Below are positions 49,001-64,000 of a DNA stretch of 64,000 nucleotides, one piece after another. Positions within the stretch are counted from its first letter, which is position 1. Every line of letters begins with the position of its first letter. The notes under the pieces were generated by a model that searched no databases, had not been told where the DNA came from, and saw only the letters and a list, made by a program, of their open reading frames with translations. Source of the DNA: the human T2T-CHM13v2.0 reference genome, Homo sapiens. Both the position numbers and the translations under genes were made by a program. The stretch lies in assembly GCF_009914755.1 (NCBI RefSeq), contig NC_060945.1, one strand, 5' to 3'.

Positions 49001-52000
49001 TCAACCCGAGTGGAGTAGAATGGAATGGAATGGAATCAACCCCAGTGGAATGGAATGGAATGGAATGCAATAGAATTGAATGGAATGGAATGGAACGGAA
49101 TTCAATGGAATCAACCCAAGTGGAATGGAATGGTATGGAATGCAATGGAATGGAGTGGAACAGAACGGAATGGAATGGAATGGAATTGATTGAATCCGAG
49201 TGGAATTGAATGGAAGGGAATGCATTGGAAAGGAATGGAAAGGATTCAACCCGCGTGGTATGTAATGGATTGGAATGGAGTGGAATGGAATGGAATGGAA
49301 TGGAGTGGAATGGAATCAACACAAATGGAATGGAATAGAATGGAAAGGAATGGAATGCAATGGAATGGAATGCAATGGAATGGAATGAAATGGAATAAAC
49401 CGGAATGTAATGGAATGGAATTAAATGGAATAAACCGGAATGTAATGGAATGGAATGGAATGGAATGGAATGAATTGGAAAAAACCCGAATCGAATGGAA
49501 TGGAATGGAATGGAATGGAAGGGAATGGAAACTACTGGAATGGAATGGAAACAACACGAGTGGAATGGAATGCAATGGAATGCAATGGAATGGAATGGAA
49601 TGGAATGGAATGGAATGTAAAGGAATGGACTGGAATAGAATGGAATTCTATGGAATGCAATGGTATCGATTTGAATGGAATGGAATGGAACGGAACGGAA
49701 TGGAATGGAATTGACTCCAATGGAATTGAATGGAATGGAATGGATTGCAATGGAATGGAACGGAATTAACCCGAGTGGAATGGAATGTAATGGAATGGAG
49801 TGGAATGTAATGGAATGGAGTGGAATGTAATGTAAAGGAATGGAGTGGAATGTAATGGAATGGAGTGGAGTGGAATGGAATGGAATGGAATGGAATGGAA
49901 AGGAATGGAATCAATCCGGGTGGAATGGAATGGAATGTAACGGATTGGAATGGAATGGAATGGAGTGGAATGGAGTGGAATGGAATGGAATGGAATGGAA
50001 TGGAATCAACCCGAATGGAATGGAACGGAATGGAATGGAAAGGAATGGAATGGAATGGAATGGAATGGAATGAAATGGAATAAACCGGAATGTAATGGAA
50101 TGGAACGGAATGGAATGGAATGGAATGGAATGGAATGAATTGGAATAAACCCGAATGGAATAGAATGCAATGGAATGCAATGGAAAGGAATGGAATGGAA
50201 TGGAATGGAATGGAGTGGAATGGAATAAACACCAGTGGAATGAAATGGAATGGAATGGAATGGAATGGAATGGCATGGAATGGAATAAAATCAACCCGAG
50301 TAGAATGGAACGGAATGGAATGGAATGGAATGGAATGGAAAGGAATGGAATCAACTGGAATGGAATGAAGTGGAATGGAATGGAGTGGAATGGAATGGAA
50401 TGCAATGGAATCAACAAGAGTGAATTGCAATGGAATGGAAAGGAATGGAAAGGAATGGAATGGAATGGAATGGAATTGAATCAACCCGAGTGGAGTGAAA
50501 TAAAATGAAATGGAATGGAATGGAATCAACCTGAGTTCAACGGAATGGAATGGAATGGAATGGTATCAACAAGAGTGGAATGGAATGGAATTGAATGGAA
50601 TGGAACGGAATGGAATGAAATGGAAAAAACTGGAATGGAATGGAATGGAAAGGAATGGAACGGAATCAACCTGAGACAAATAGAATGGAATGGAATGGAA
50701 TGGAATGGAAGGGAATGGAAACTACTGGAATGGAATGGAAACAACACGAGTGGAATGGAATGCAATGGAATGCAATGGAATGTAATGGAATGGAATGGAA
50801 TGGAATGGAATGTAAAGGAATGGACTGGAATAGAATGGAATTCTATGGAATGCAATGGTATCGATTTGAATGGAATGGAACGGAACGGAACGGAATGGAA
50901 TGGAATTGACTCCAATGGAATTGAATGGAATGGAATGGATTGCAATGGAATGGAATGGAATTAACCAGAGTGGAATGGAATGTAATGGAATGGAGTGGAA
51001 TGAAATGGAACGGAGTGGAATGTAATGTAAAGGAATGGAGTGGAATGTAATGGAATGGAGTGGAATGGAATGGAATGGAATGGAATGGAATGGAAAGGAA
51101 TGGAATCAATCCGGGTGGAATGGAATGGAATGTAACGGATTGGAATGGAATGGAATGGAGTGGAATGGAGTGGAATGGAATGGAATGGAATGGAATGGAA
51201 TCAACCCGAATGGAATGGAACGGAATGGAATGGAAAGGAATGGAATGGAATGGAATGGAATGGAAAGGAATGGAATGCAACGGAATAGAATGGAATCAAC
51301 CCGAATGGGTTGGAATGAAATGGAATGGAATGAAATGGAATGGAATGATATGGAATCAACCGGAGTGTAATGTAAATGAATGGAATGGAATGGAATGGAA
51401 TAGAATGGAATGGAATGGAATGCTATGGAAACAACCCGAGTGGAATGGAATGGAATGGAATGGAATGGAATGGAATGGAATGGAATGCAATGCAATGGAA
51501 TGGAATGCAATGGAATGGAATGGAAAGGAATGGAATGGAATGGAATGGAATGAACCCTAATGGAATGGAATGGAACGGAATGCAATGGAATGGAATGGAA
51601 TAACATGCAATCAACTTTGGTGGAATGGTATGGAATGGAATGGAATGGAATGGAATGGAATGGAATGGAATGGAATGGAATCAACCAGAGTGGACTGCAA
51701 CGGAATAAAATGGAATGGAATGGAACTGAAAGGAACGGAACAGAACGGAATTGAATAGAATGGAATCAACCCAAGTGGAAAGGAATGGAATGGAATGGAA
51801 TGGAATGCAATGGAATGGAATGGAATAGCATGCAATCAAAGTTGGTGGAATGGCATTGAATGGTATGGAGTGGAATGGAATGGATTGGAATGGTATGGAA
51901 TGGAATGGAATAAAAAAGCATGGAATGGAATGGAATCAACCCGAGAGGAATGGAATGGAATGGAATGGAATGGAATGGAATGGAATGGAATGGAAATAAA

Positions 52001-55000
52001 GCAAACCGAGTGGAATGGAATGGAATGGAATGGAATGGAATGGAATCAACACAAATGGAATGGAATGGAATGGAATGGAATGGAATAGAATGGAAAGGAA
52101 TGGAATGCAATTGAATGGAAAGGAATGGAATGGAATAAACCCGAATGGAATGGAATGGAATGGAATGGAATGGAATGGAATGGAATGGAAAGAATTAGAA
52201 TAAACCCGAATGGAATGGAATGGAATGGAATTTAATGGTGTGGAACGGAATAAACACCAGTGGAATGAAATGGAATGGAATGGAATGGAATTGAATGGAA
52301 AGGAATGAAATCAACCCGAGTAGAATGGAACAGAATGGAATGGAATCGAATGGAATGGAAAGGAATGGAATCAACTGGAATGGAATGAAATGGAATGGAA
52401 TGGAGTGGAATGGAATGGAATGCATTGGAATCAACAAGAGTGAAACGCAATGGAAAGGAATGGAATGGAATGCAATGGAATTGAATGGAATGGAATAGAA
52501 TGGAATCAACCCGAGTGGAGTGAAATAAATTGGAATGGAATGGAATGGAATCAACCTGAGTGGAACGGAATGGAATGGAAAGGAATGGAACGGAATGGAA
52601 TGCATTGGAATCAACTGGAATGGAATGGAATGGAATGGAACGGAATCAACCTGAGTCAAATAGAATGGAATGGAATGGAATGGAATGGAATGGAATGGAA
52701 TGGAATGGAAACTACTGGAATGGAATGGAAAAAACCCGAGTGGAATGGAATGCAATGGAATGGAATGGAGTGGAATGGAATGGAATGGAATGGAATAAAC
52801 ACGAGTGGACTGCAACGGAATGAAATGGAATGGAATGCAATGGAATGGAATGGAATGGAACGGAACGGAATGGAATTGAATGGAATGGAATCAACCCAAG
52901 TGGAAAGGAATGGAATGGAATGGAATGGAATAGCATGCAATCAAATTTGGTGGAATGGTATGGAATGGTATGGATTGGAATGGAATGGAATGGAATTGTA
53001 TGGAATGGAATGGAATTTAACCGAGTGGAAAGGAATGGAATGGAAATAACCCGAGTGGAATGGAATGGAATGGAATGGAATGGAATGGAATGGAATGGAA
53101 TGGAATCAACCCCAGTTGAATGGAATGGAAAGGCATGGAACGGAATATAATGGAATGGAACGGAAACATCCCGAGTGGAATGGAATGGTATGGAATGCAA
53201 CAGAATGGAATGGAACAGAACGGAATGAAATGGAATGGAAAAGATTGAATGCGAGTGGAATGGAATGGAATGGAATGGATTGGAATGGAATGGAACGGAT
53301 TGGAGTGGAATGGAATGGAATCAACACGAATGGGATGGAAACAAATGGAATGGAATGGAATGGAATGGAATGGAATGGAACGGAATGGAATCAACCCGAT
53401 TGGAATGGAATGGAATGGAATGGAATCCACCCGAGTGGAATGGAATGGAATGGAATGCAATGGAATTGAACAGAATATAATGGAATTAAATGGAATCATC
53501 CCGAGTGGAATGGAATGGTATCTAATGCAATTTAATGGAATCGAACAGAACGGAATGGAATAGAAAGAATAGATTGAATCCAAGTGGAATTGAATGGAAT
53601 GGAATGGATTGGAAAGGAATGGAATGGACTGGAATGGATTTGAATAGAAAGGAATGGATTCAACCCGAGTGGAATGTAATGGATTGGAATGGAATGGAAT
53701 GGAATGGAATGGAATGGAATGGAATGGAATGGAATCAACCCGAGTGGAGTAGAATGGAATGGAATGGAATCAACCCCAGTGGAATGGAATGGAATGGAAT
53801 GCAATAGAATGGAAAGGAATGGAATGGAATGGAATTCAATGGAATTCACCGGAGTGGAAAGGAATGGTATGCAATGCAATGGAATAGAGTGGAATGGAAT
53901 GGAATCAACGAGAGTTGAATGTAATGGAATGGAATGGAACGGCCTATAATGGAATGGAACGGAATCATCCAGAGTGGAATGGAATGGTATGGAATGCAAT
54001 AGAATGGAATGGAACAGAAAGGAATGAAATGCAATGGAATAGATTGAATGCTAGTGGAATTGAATGGAATGGAATGGATTGGAATGGAATGGAATGGATT
54101 GGAGTGGAATGGAATGGAATCAACACGAATGGGATGGAACGGAATGGAATGGAATGGAAAGGAATGGAATGGAATGGAATGGAATGGAATGGAATGGAAT
54201 GGAATGGAATGGATTGAAATGGAATGGAAAAGAACGGAATTGAATCAACCCGAGTGGAATGGAATGGAATGGAATGGAATCCACCCGAGTGGAATGGAAT
54301 CGAATGGAAGGCAATGGAATTGAACGGAATATAATGGAATTAAATGGAATCATCCCGAGTGGAATGAAATGCTATCTAATGCAATGGAATGGAATGGAAC
54401 AGAACGGAATGGAATGGAAAGAATAGATTGAATCCAAGTGGAATTGAATGGAATGGAATGGATTGGAAAGGAATGGAATGGATTGGAATGGATTGGAATG
54501 GAAAGGAATGGATTCAACCTGAGTGGAATGTAATGGATTGGAATGGAATGGAATGGAATGGAATGGAATGGAATCAACACGAATGGAATGGAACGGAATG
54601 GAATGGAATGGAATGGAATGGAATGGAATGGAATGGAATGAAATGGAAAGGAAAGGAATAGAATCAACCCAAGTGGAATGGAATGGAATGGAATGGAATG
54701 GAATGGAATGGAATAGAATGGAATCAACCCGAGTGGAGTGAAATCAAATGGAATGGAATGGAATGGAATCAACCCGAGTGGAATGGAATGGAATGGAATG
54801 GAATCAACGCAGTGGAATGGAATGGAATGGAATGCAATAGAATGGAAAGGAATGGAATGGAATGGAATTCAATGGAATCAACCCGAGTGGAAAGGAATGG
54901 TATGGAATGCAATGGAATGGAGTGGAATGGAACGGAATCATCCCGAGTGGAATGGAATGGTATGGAATGCAATAGAATGGAATGGAACAGAACGGAATGA

Positions 55001-58000
55001 AATGCAATGGAATAGATTGAATGCTAGTGGAATTGAATGGAATAGAATGGATTGGAATGGAATGGAATGGATTGGAGTGGAATGGGATGGAACGGAATGG
55101 AACGGAATGGAATGGAATCAACACAAATGGAATGGAATGGAATGGAATGGAATAGAATGGAAAGGAATGGAATGCAATGGAATGGAATGAAATGGAATAA
55201 ACCCGAATGGAATGGAATGGAATGGAATGGAATGGAATGGAATGGAATGGAAGGGAATGGAATGGAATGGAATGAATTGGAATAAACCCGAATGGAATGG
55301 AATGGAATGGAATGGAATTTAATGGTGTGGAATGGAATAAACACCAGTGGAATGAAATGGAATGGAATGGAATGGAACTGAATGGAAAGGAAAGAAATCA
55401 ACCCGAGTAGAATGGAACACAATGGAATGGAATGGAATGGAATGGAAAGGAATGGAATCAACTGGAATGGAATGAAATGGAATGGAATGGAGTGGAATGG
55501 AATGGAATGCATTGGAATCAAAAAGAGTGAAATGCAATGGAAAGGAATGGAATGGAATGGAATGGAATGGAATGGAATGGAATGGAATAGAATGGAATCA
55601 ACCCGAGTGGAGTGAAATAAATTGGAATGGAATGGAATGGAATCAACCTGAGTGGAACGGAATGGAATGGAATGGAATGGAACGGAATGGAATGCAATGG
55701 AATAAACTGGAATGGAATGGAATGGAATGGAATGGAACGGAATCAACCTAAGTCAAATAGAATGGAATCGAATGGAATGGAATGGAATGGAATGGAATGG
55801 AATGGAATGGAATGGAAACTACTGGAATGGAATGGAAACAACCCGAGTGGAATGGAATGCAATGGAATGTAATGGAGTGGAATGGAATGGAATGGAACGG
55901 AATCAACACGAGTGGACTGCAACGGAATGAAATGGAATGGAATGCAATGGAATGGAATGGAATGGAACGGAACGGAATGGAATTGAATGGAATGGAATCA
56001 ACCCAAGTGGAAAGGAATGGAATGGAATGGAATGGAATGGAATGGAATGGAATGGAATGGAATCAACCGAGTGGAGTAGAATGGAATGGAATGGAATCAA
56101 CCCAGTGGAATGGAATGGAATGGAATGCAATAGAATGGAAAGGAATGGAACGGAATGGAATTCAATGGAATCAACCCAAGTGGAAAGGAATGGTATGGAA
56201 TGCAATGGAATGGAGTGGAATGGAACGGAATCATCCCAAGTGGAATGGAATGGTATGGAATGCAATAGAATGGAATGGAACAGAACGGAATGAAATGCAA
56301 TGGAATAGATTGAAAGCCAGTGGAATTGAATGGAATGGAATGGATTGGAATGGAATGGAATGGATTGGAGTGGAATGGGATGGAACGGAATGGAATGGAA
56401 TGGAATGGAATGGAATGGAATGGAATGGAAAGGAATGGAAACAACTGGAAAGGAATGAAATGGAATGGAATGGAGTGGAATGGAATGGAATGCGTTGGAA
56501 TCAACAAGAGTGAAATGGAATGGAATGGAATGGAATGGAATGGAATAGAATGGAATCAAGCCGAGTGGAGTGAAATAAATTGGAATGGAATGGAATGGAA
56601 TCAACCTGAGTGGAACGGAATGGAATGGAAAGGAATGGAACGGAATGGAATGCAATGGAATTAACTGGAATGGAATGGAATGGAATGGAATGGAATGGAA
56701 TGGAATGGAATAGAACGGAATCAACCTGAATCAAATAGAATGGAATGGAATGGAATGGAATGGAATGGAATGGAATGGAAACTACTGGAATGGAATGTAA
56801 ACAACCCGAGTGGTATGGAATGCAATGGAATGGAATGGAGTGGAATAGAATGTAACGGAATGGAACGGAATTGAATGGAATGGAAACAACCCAAGTGGAA
56901 AGGAATGGAATGGAATGGAATGGAATGGAATGGAATGGAATGGAATAGCATGCAATCAACTTTGGTGGAATGGTATGGAATGGAATGGAATGGAATGGAA
57001 TGGAATGGAACGGAATGGAATGGTATGGAATGGAATGGAATAAAAGGGCATGGAATGGAATGGAATCAACCCGAGAGGAATGGAATGTAATGGAATGCAA
57101 TGGAATGGAATGGAATGGAATAGAAATGAATCAAACCGAGTGGAATGGAATAGAATGGAATGGAACGGAATCATCCCGAGTGGAATGGAATGGTATGGAA
57201 TGCAACAGAATGGAATGGAAGAGAACGGAATGAAATGGAATGGAATAGATTGAATGCGAGAGGAATGGAATGGAATGGAATGGATTGGAATGGAATGGAA
57301 CGGATTGGAGTGGAATGGAATGAAATCAACACGAATGGGATGGAGCGGAATGGAATGGAATGCAATGGAATGGAATGGAATGGAATGGAATGGAATGGAA
57401 TGGAATGGAAAGGAACGGAATGGAATCAACCCGATTGGAATGGAATGGAATGGAATGGAATCCACCCGAGTGGAATGGAATGGAATGGAATGCAATAGAA
57501 TTGAGCGGAATATAATGGAATTAAATGGAATCATCCCGAGTGGAATGGAATGGTATCTATTGCAATTTAATGGAATGGAACAGAATGGAATGGAATAGAA
57601 AGAATGGATTGAATCCGAGTGGAATGGAATAGAATGGAATTTAATGGAATGGAATGGAATAGAATGATATGGAATCAACCCGAGTGGAATGGTATAGAAT
57701 GGAACGTAATGGAACGGAATGGAATGGAATAAAATGGAATGGAATGGAATGGAAACAACCCGAGTGGAATGGAATGGAATGGAATCGAGTAACCGGAGAG
57801 GAATGGAATGGAATGGAGTGGAATGGAATGGAATAGAATGGAATGGAATGGAATGGAATGCAATAGAATGAAAAGGAAAGGAATGGAATGGAAATAACCC
57901 GAGTGGAATGGAATGGAATGGAATGGAATGGAATGGAATGGAATAGAATGGAATCAACCCCAGTTGAATGGAATGGAATGGAATGGAACGGAATATAATG

Positions 58001-61000
58001 GAATGGAACGGAATCATCCCGATTGGAATGGGATGGTATGGAATGCAACAGAATGGAATGGAACAGAACGGAATGAAATGGAATGGAATAGATTGAATGC
58101 GAGTGGAATGGAAAGGAATGGAATGGATTGGAATGGAATGGAACGGATTGGAGTGGAATGGAATGGAATCAACACGAATGGATGGAAAGGAATGGAATGG
58201 AATGGAATGGAATGGAATGGAATGGAATGGAAAGGAACGGAATGGAATCAACCCGAGTGGAATGGAATGGAATGGAATGGAATCCACCCGAGTGGAATGG
58301 AATGGAATGGAATGCAATGGAATTGAACGGAATATAATGGAATTAAATGGAATCATCCCGAGTGGAATCGAATGGTATCTAATGCAATTTAATGGAATAG
58401 AACAGAACGGATTGGAATAGAAAGAATAGATTGAATCCAAGTGGAATTGAATGGAATGGAATGGATTGGAAAGGAATGGAATGGATTGGAATGGATTTGA
58501 ATGGAAAGGAATCGATTCAACCCGAGTGGAATGTAATGGATTGGAATGGAATGGAATGGAATGGAATGGAATGGAATGGAATGGTATTGAATGAAATGGA
58601 AGGGAACGGAATAGAATCAACCCAAGTGTAATGGAATGGAATGGAATGGAAGGGAATCAACACGAGTGGAATGGAATGGAATGGAATGGAATGGAATGGA
58701 ATGGAATGGAATGGAATGGAATGGAATGGAATGGAATGGAATCAACCCGAGTGGAGAAGAATGGAATGGAGTGGAATCAACCCCAGTGGAATGGAATGGA
58801 ATGGAATGCAATAAAATGGAAAGGAATGGAATGGAATGGAATTCAATTGAATCAAGCCGAGTGGAAAGGAATGGTATGGAATGCAATGGAATGGAGTGGA
58901 ATGGAATGGAATCAACGCGACTTGAATGGAATGGAATGGAATGGAACGGAATATAATGGAATGGAACGGAATCATCCCGAGTGGAATGGAATGGTATGGA
59001 ATGCAATAGAATGGAATGGAACAGAACGGAATGAAATGCAATGGAATAGATTGAATGCTAGTGGAATTGAATGGAATGGAATGGATTGGAATGAAATGGA
59101 ATGGATTGTAGTGGAATGGAAAGGAATCAATACGAATGGGATGGAACGGAATGGAATGGAATGGAATGGAATGGAATGCAATGGAATGGAATGGAATGGA
59201 ATGGAATGAAATGGAATGGAATGGAGTGGAATGGAATGGAATGCAATGGAATCAACAAGAGTGCAATGCAATAGAATGGAATGGAATGGGATGGAATGGA
59301 ATGGAATCAACCCGAGTGGAGTAGAATGGAATGGAATGGAATGGAATGGAATGGAATGGAATGGAATCAACCTGAGTTGAACGGAATGGAATGGAATGGA
59401 ATGGTATCAACCAGAGTGGAATGGAATGGAATTGAATGGAATGGAACGGAATGGAATGCAATGGAATCAACTGGAATGGAATGGAATTGAACGAAATGGA
59501 ATGGAATCAACCTCAGTCAAATAGAATGGAATGGAATGGAATGGAATGGAATGGAATAGAATGCAATGGAAGGGAAAGGAAAGGAATGGAATCAACCCGA
59601 GTGGAATGGAATGGAATGGAATGGAATCCACCCGAGTGGAATGGAATGGAATGGAATGCAATGGAATTGAACGGAATATAATGGAATTAAATGGAATCAT
59701 CCCGTGTGGAACGGAATGGTATCTAATGCAATGGAATGGAATGGAACAGAACGGAATGGAATGGAAGAATAGATTGAATCCAAGTGGAATTGAATGGAAT
59801 GGAATGGATTGGAAAGGAATGGAATGGATTGCAATGGATTGGAATGGAAACGAATGGATTCAACCCGAGTGGAATGCAATGGATTGGAATGGAATGGAAT
59901 GGAATGGAATGGAATGGAATGGAATGGAATGGAATGGAATCAACACGAATGCAATGGAACGGAATGGAATGGAATGGAATGGAATGGTATGGAATGAAAT
60001 AGAAAGGAACGGAACAGAATCAACCCCAGTGGAATTGAATGGAAAGGAATGCAATTGAATGGAATGGAATGGAATGGAATCAACCCGAGTGGAGTAGAAT
60101 GGAATTGAATAGAATGAACCGCAGTGGAATGGAATGGAATGGAATGCAATAGAATGGAAAGGAATGGAATGGAATGGAATGGAATGGAATGGAATTCAAT
60201 GGAATCAACCCAAGTGGAATGGAACGGTATGGAATGCAATGGAATGGAGTGGAACAGAACGGAATGGAATGGAATGGAAATGATTGAATCCGAGTGGAAA
60301 TGAATGGAAGGGAAAGCATTGTAAAGGAATGGAAAGGATTCAACCCGAGTGGAATGTAATGGATTGGAATGGAGTGGAATGTAATGGAATGGATTGGAAT
60401 GGAATGGAATCAACACAAATGGAAAGGAATGGAATGGAATGGAATAGAATGGAAAGGAATGGAATGCAATGGAATGGAATGGAATGGAATGGAATGGAAT
60501 AAACCGGAATGGAATGGAATGGAATGGAATGGAATGGAATGGAATGGAATGGAATGGAATGGAATGGAATGGAATGAATTGGAATAAACCCGAATGGAAT
60601 GGAATGGAATGGAATGGAATGGAGTGGAATGGAATAAACACCAGTGGAATGAAATGGAATGGAATGGAATGGTATGGAATGGAATGGAATGGAAAGGAAT
60701 GAAATCAACCCCAGTAGAATGGAACAGAATGGAATGGAATGCAATGGAATGGAAAGGAATGGAATCAACTGGAATGGAATGAAATGGAATGGAATGGAGT
60801 GGAATGGAATGGAATGCATTGGAATCAACAAGAGTGAAATGCAATGGAATGGAATGGAATGGAATGGAATAGAATGGAATCAACCCGAGTGGAGTGAAAT
60901 CAAATGGAATGGAATGGAATGGAATCAACCTGAGTGGAACGGAATGGAATGGAATGGAATGGAATGGAATGGAATGGAATGGTATCAACCAGAGTGGAAT

Positions 61001-64000
61001 TGAATGGAATGGAATGGAATGGAATGCAATGGAATCAACTGGAATGGAATGGAATGGAATGGAATGGAACGGAATGGAATGGAATGGAATGGAACGGAAT
61101 GGAATGGAAACTACTGGAATGGAATGGAAACAACCCGAGTGGAATGGAATGCAATGAATGGAATGGAGTGGAATGAAATGGAATGGAATGGAATCAACAC
61201 GAGTGGACTGCAACGGAATGAAATGGAATGGAATGGAATGGAATGGAATGAAACGGAACGGAACAGAACGGAATTGAATGCAATGGAATCAACCCAAGTG
61301 GAAAGGAACGGAATGGAATGGAATGGAATGGAATGGAATGGAATAGCATGCAATCAACTTTGGTGGAATGGTATGGAATGGTATGGTATGGAATGGAATG
61401 GAATGGAATGGTATGGAATGGAATAGAATAAAAGGGCATGGAATGGAATGGAATCAAGCCAAGAGGAATGGAATGGAATGGAATGGAATGGAATGGAATG
61501 GAATGGAATGGAATGGATTGGAAATGAATCAAACCGAGTGGAATGGAATAGAATGGAATGGAATGGAATGGAAACAATGCAATGCAATTGTATCAACGGG
61601 AATGGAATGCATTGGAATGGAATGGAATGGAATGGAATCACCCTGAGTGGATAGGAATGGAATGGAAGGGAATGGAAAGGAATGGAATGGAATGGAAACT
61701 AATGGAATGGAATGGAAACAACCCGAGTGGAATGGAATGGAATGGAATGGAATGGAATGGAATGGAATACAACAAAATGGAAACAACCCGAGTGGAATGG
61801 CATGGAATGGAAAGGACTTGAATATAATGGAATGGATTGGAATCAACCCGATTAGAAACTAATGGAATTGAATGGAATGGAATGGAATAGAATGGAATGG
61901 AATTTACCCGAGTGGAATGGAATGTAACGAAATTAAATGGAATGGATTGGAATGGAATGGAATGGATTGGAGTGGAATGGAATGGAATCAACACGAATGG
62001 GATGGAACGGAATGGAATGCAATGGAACGGAATGGAATGGAATGGAATGGAATGGAATGGAATGGTATGGAATGAAATGGAAAGGAACGGAATAGAATCA
62101 ACCCAAGTGGAACGGAATGGAATGGAATGGAAGGGAATCAACACGAGTGGAATGGAATGGAAAGGAATGCAATGGAATGGAATGGAATGGAATGGAATGG
62201 AATGGAATCTACCCGAGTGGAGTAGAATGGAATGGCATGGAATCATCTCCAGTGGAATGGAATGGAACGGAATGCAATAGAATGGAATGGAAATGAATGG
62301 AATGGAATTCAATGGAATGAACCCGAGTGGAATGGCATGGTATGGAATGCAATGGAATGGATTGGAACAGAACGGAATGGAATGGAATGGAACTGATTGA
62401 ATCCGAGTGGAATTGAATGGAAGGGAATGCATTGGAAAGGAATGGAAAGGATTCCACCGAGTGGAATGTAATGGATTTTAATGGAGTGGAATGGAATGGA
62501 ATGGAATGGAATCAAAACAAATGGAAAGGAATGGAATGGAATGGAATAGAATGGAAAGGAATGGAATGTAACGGAATGGAATGGAATGGAATGAAATGGA
62601 ATAAACACGAATGGAATGGAATGGAATGGAATGGAATGGATTGGAATGGAATGGAATGAATTGTAGTAAACCCGAATGGAATGGATTGGAATGGAATGGA
62701 ATGGAATGGAATAGAATGGAGTGGAATGGAATAAACACCAGTGGAATGCAATGGAATCGAATGGAATGGATTGGAATGGAATTGAATGGAATGGAATGGA
62801 ATGGAATTAACCCGAGTGGAGTAGAATGGAATGGAATGGAATCAACCCCAGTGGAATGGAATGGAATGGAATGCAAGAGAATGGAATGGAATGGAATGGA
62901 ATGGAATGGAATGGAATTCAATGGAATCAACCCGAGTGGAATGGAATGGTATGGAATGCAATGGAATGGAGTGGAACAGAACGGAATGGAATGAAATGGA
63001 ATTGATTGAATCCGAGTGGAATTGAATGGAAGGGAATGCATTGCAAAGGAATGGAAAGGATTCAACCCGAGTGGAATGTAATGGATTGGAATGGAGTGGA
63101 ATGGAATGGAATGCAATGGAATGGAATCAACACAAATGGAATGGAATGGAATGGAATGGAATAGAATGGAAAGGAATGGAATGCAATCGAATGGAATGGA
63201 ATGGAATGAAATGGAAAAAACCCGAATGGAAAGGAATGGAATGGAAAGGAATGGAATGCAATGGAATGGAATGGAATGGAATGAAATGGAATAAACCCGA
63301 ATGGAATGGAATGGAATGGAATGGAATGAAATAGAATTTACCCGAGTGGAATGGAATATAATGAAATTAAATGGAATGGAATGGAATGGAATGGAATGGA
63401 ATGGAATGGGATGGAATGGAATCTACACGAGTGGAATGGAATGGAATGGAATTTAATGGAATGGAATGGAAAAGAATGGTATGGAATCAACCCGATAGGA
63501 ATGGGATAGAATGGAACGTAATGGAACGGAATGGAATGGAATAAAATGGAATGGAATGGAATGGAAACAACCCGAGTGGAATGGAATGGAATGAAATGGA
63601 ATGGAATGGAATGGAAAGGAATACAACAAATTGGAAACAACCCGAGTGGAATGGCATGGAATGGAATGGACTTGAATATAATGGAATGGATTGGAATCAA
63701 CCCGATTAGAAACTAATGGAATGGAATGAAATGGAGTGGAATGGAATGGAATGGAATGGAATGGAATGGAATGGAATGGAATGGAATTTACCCGAGTGGA
63801 ATGGAATGTAATGAAATTAAATGGAATGGAATGGAATGGAATGGAATGGAATGGAATGGAATCAACCTGAATGGAACGGAATGGAATGGAATGGAATGGA
63901 ATGGAATGGAATGGAATGGAATGGTACCAACCAGAGTGGAATCGAATGGAATTGAATGGAATGGAACGGAATAGAATGCAATGGAATCAACTGGAATGGA
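31009..64000 (+). repeat. Human Satellite 3 (HSat3 / Sat III) array, (GGAAT)n, G-rich strand on +
   Basis: Continuous GGAAT pentamers with recurrent ATCAACCCGAGT-type interruptions; no interspersed repeats or strand switch seen; runs off the window end. Confidence 0.99.

Noticed and set aside
31016-63974. Hundreds of ORFs (MEWNG / IPFHS repeats, up to 554 aa)
   Set aside because: Automatic result of translating a stop-free pentamer repeat; no splice, promoter or codon evidence for coding.

Overview
Human (or great-ape) pericentromeric or acrocentric-type DNA spanning a sharp boundary. The left ~31 kb is repeat-dense, segmental-duplication-like sequence. The right ~33 kb (31009-64000) is pure Human Satellite 3, (GGAAT)n with ATCAACCCGAGT-type interruptions. 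The only gene-like unit is a minus-strand copy of the ZNF717 5' end: a CpG-rich promoter with ZNF143/THAP11, YY1 and ETS motifs at ~26.35-26.45 kb, a non-coding exon 1, and a 59-nt exon 2 encoding MFPVSSGCFQEQQGTNKSL. Its long downstream intron holds a complete MER57-type ERV1 provirus (two LTRs, GAAC TSD, perfect tRNA-Leu PBS). Nested inside that provirus are a MER52 LTR, a full-length dead L1PA3, four Alus and a 35-bp minisatellite carrying a SOX-type motif in every unit. The window also has an MLT1 MaLR element with its own 57-bp VNTR, a solo LTR6, another solo ERV1 LTR and old L1 fragments. I see no intact protein-coding gene, and the many satellite ORFs are artefacts. I cannot demonstrate a novel biological system. 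The best leads are the housekeeping-type promoter 4.6 kb from the satellite edge, a predicted 27-aa spliced micro-ORF, the SOX/CRE minisatellite, and the satellite's 5.2-5.3 kb duplication and one-directional phase slips. Repeat family names and the ZNF717 match come from recalled consensus sequences, not from a database search.
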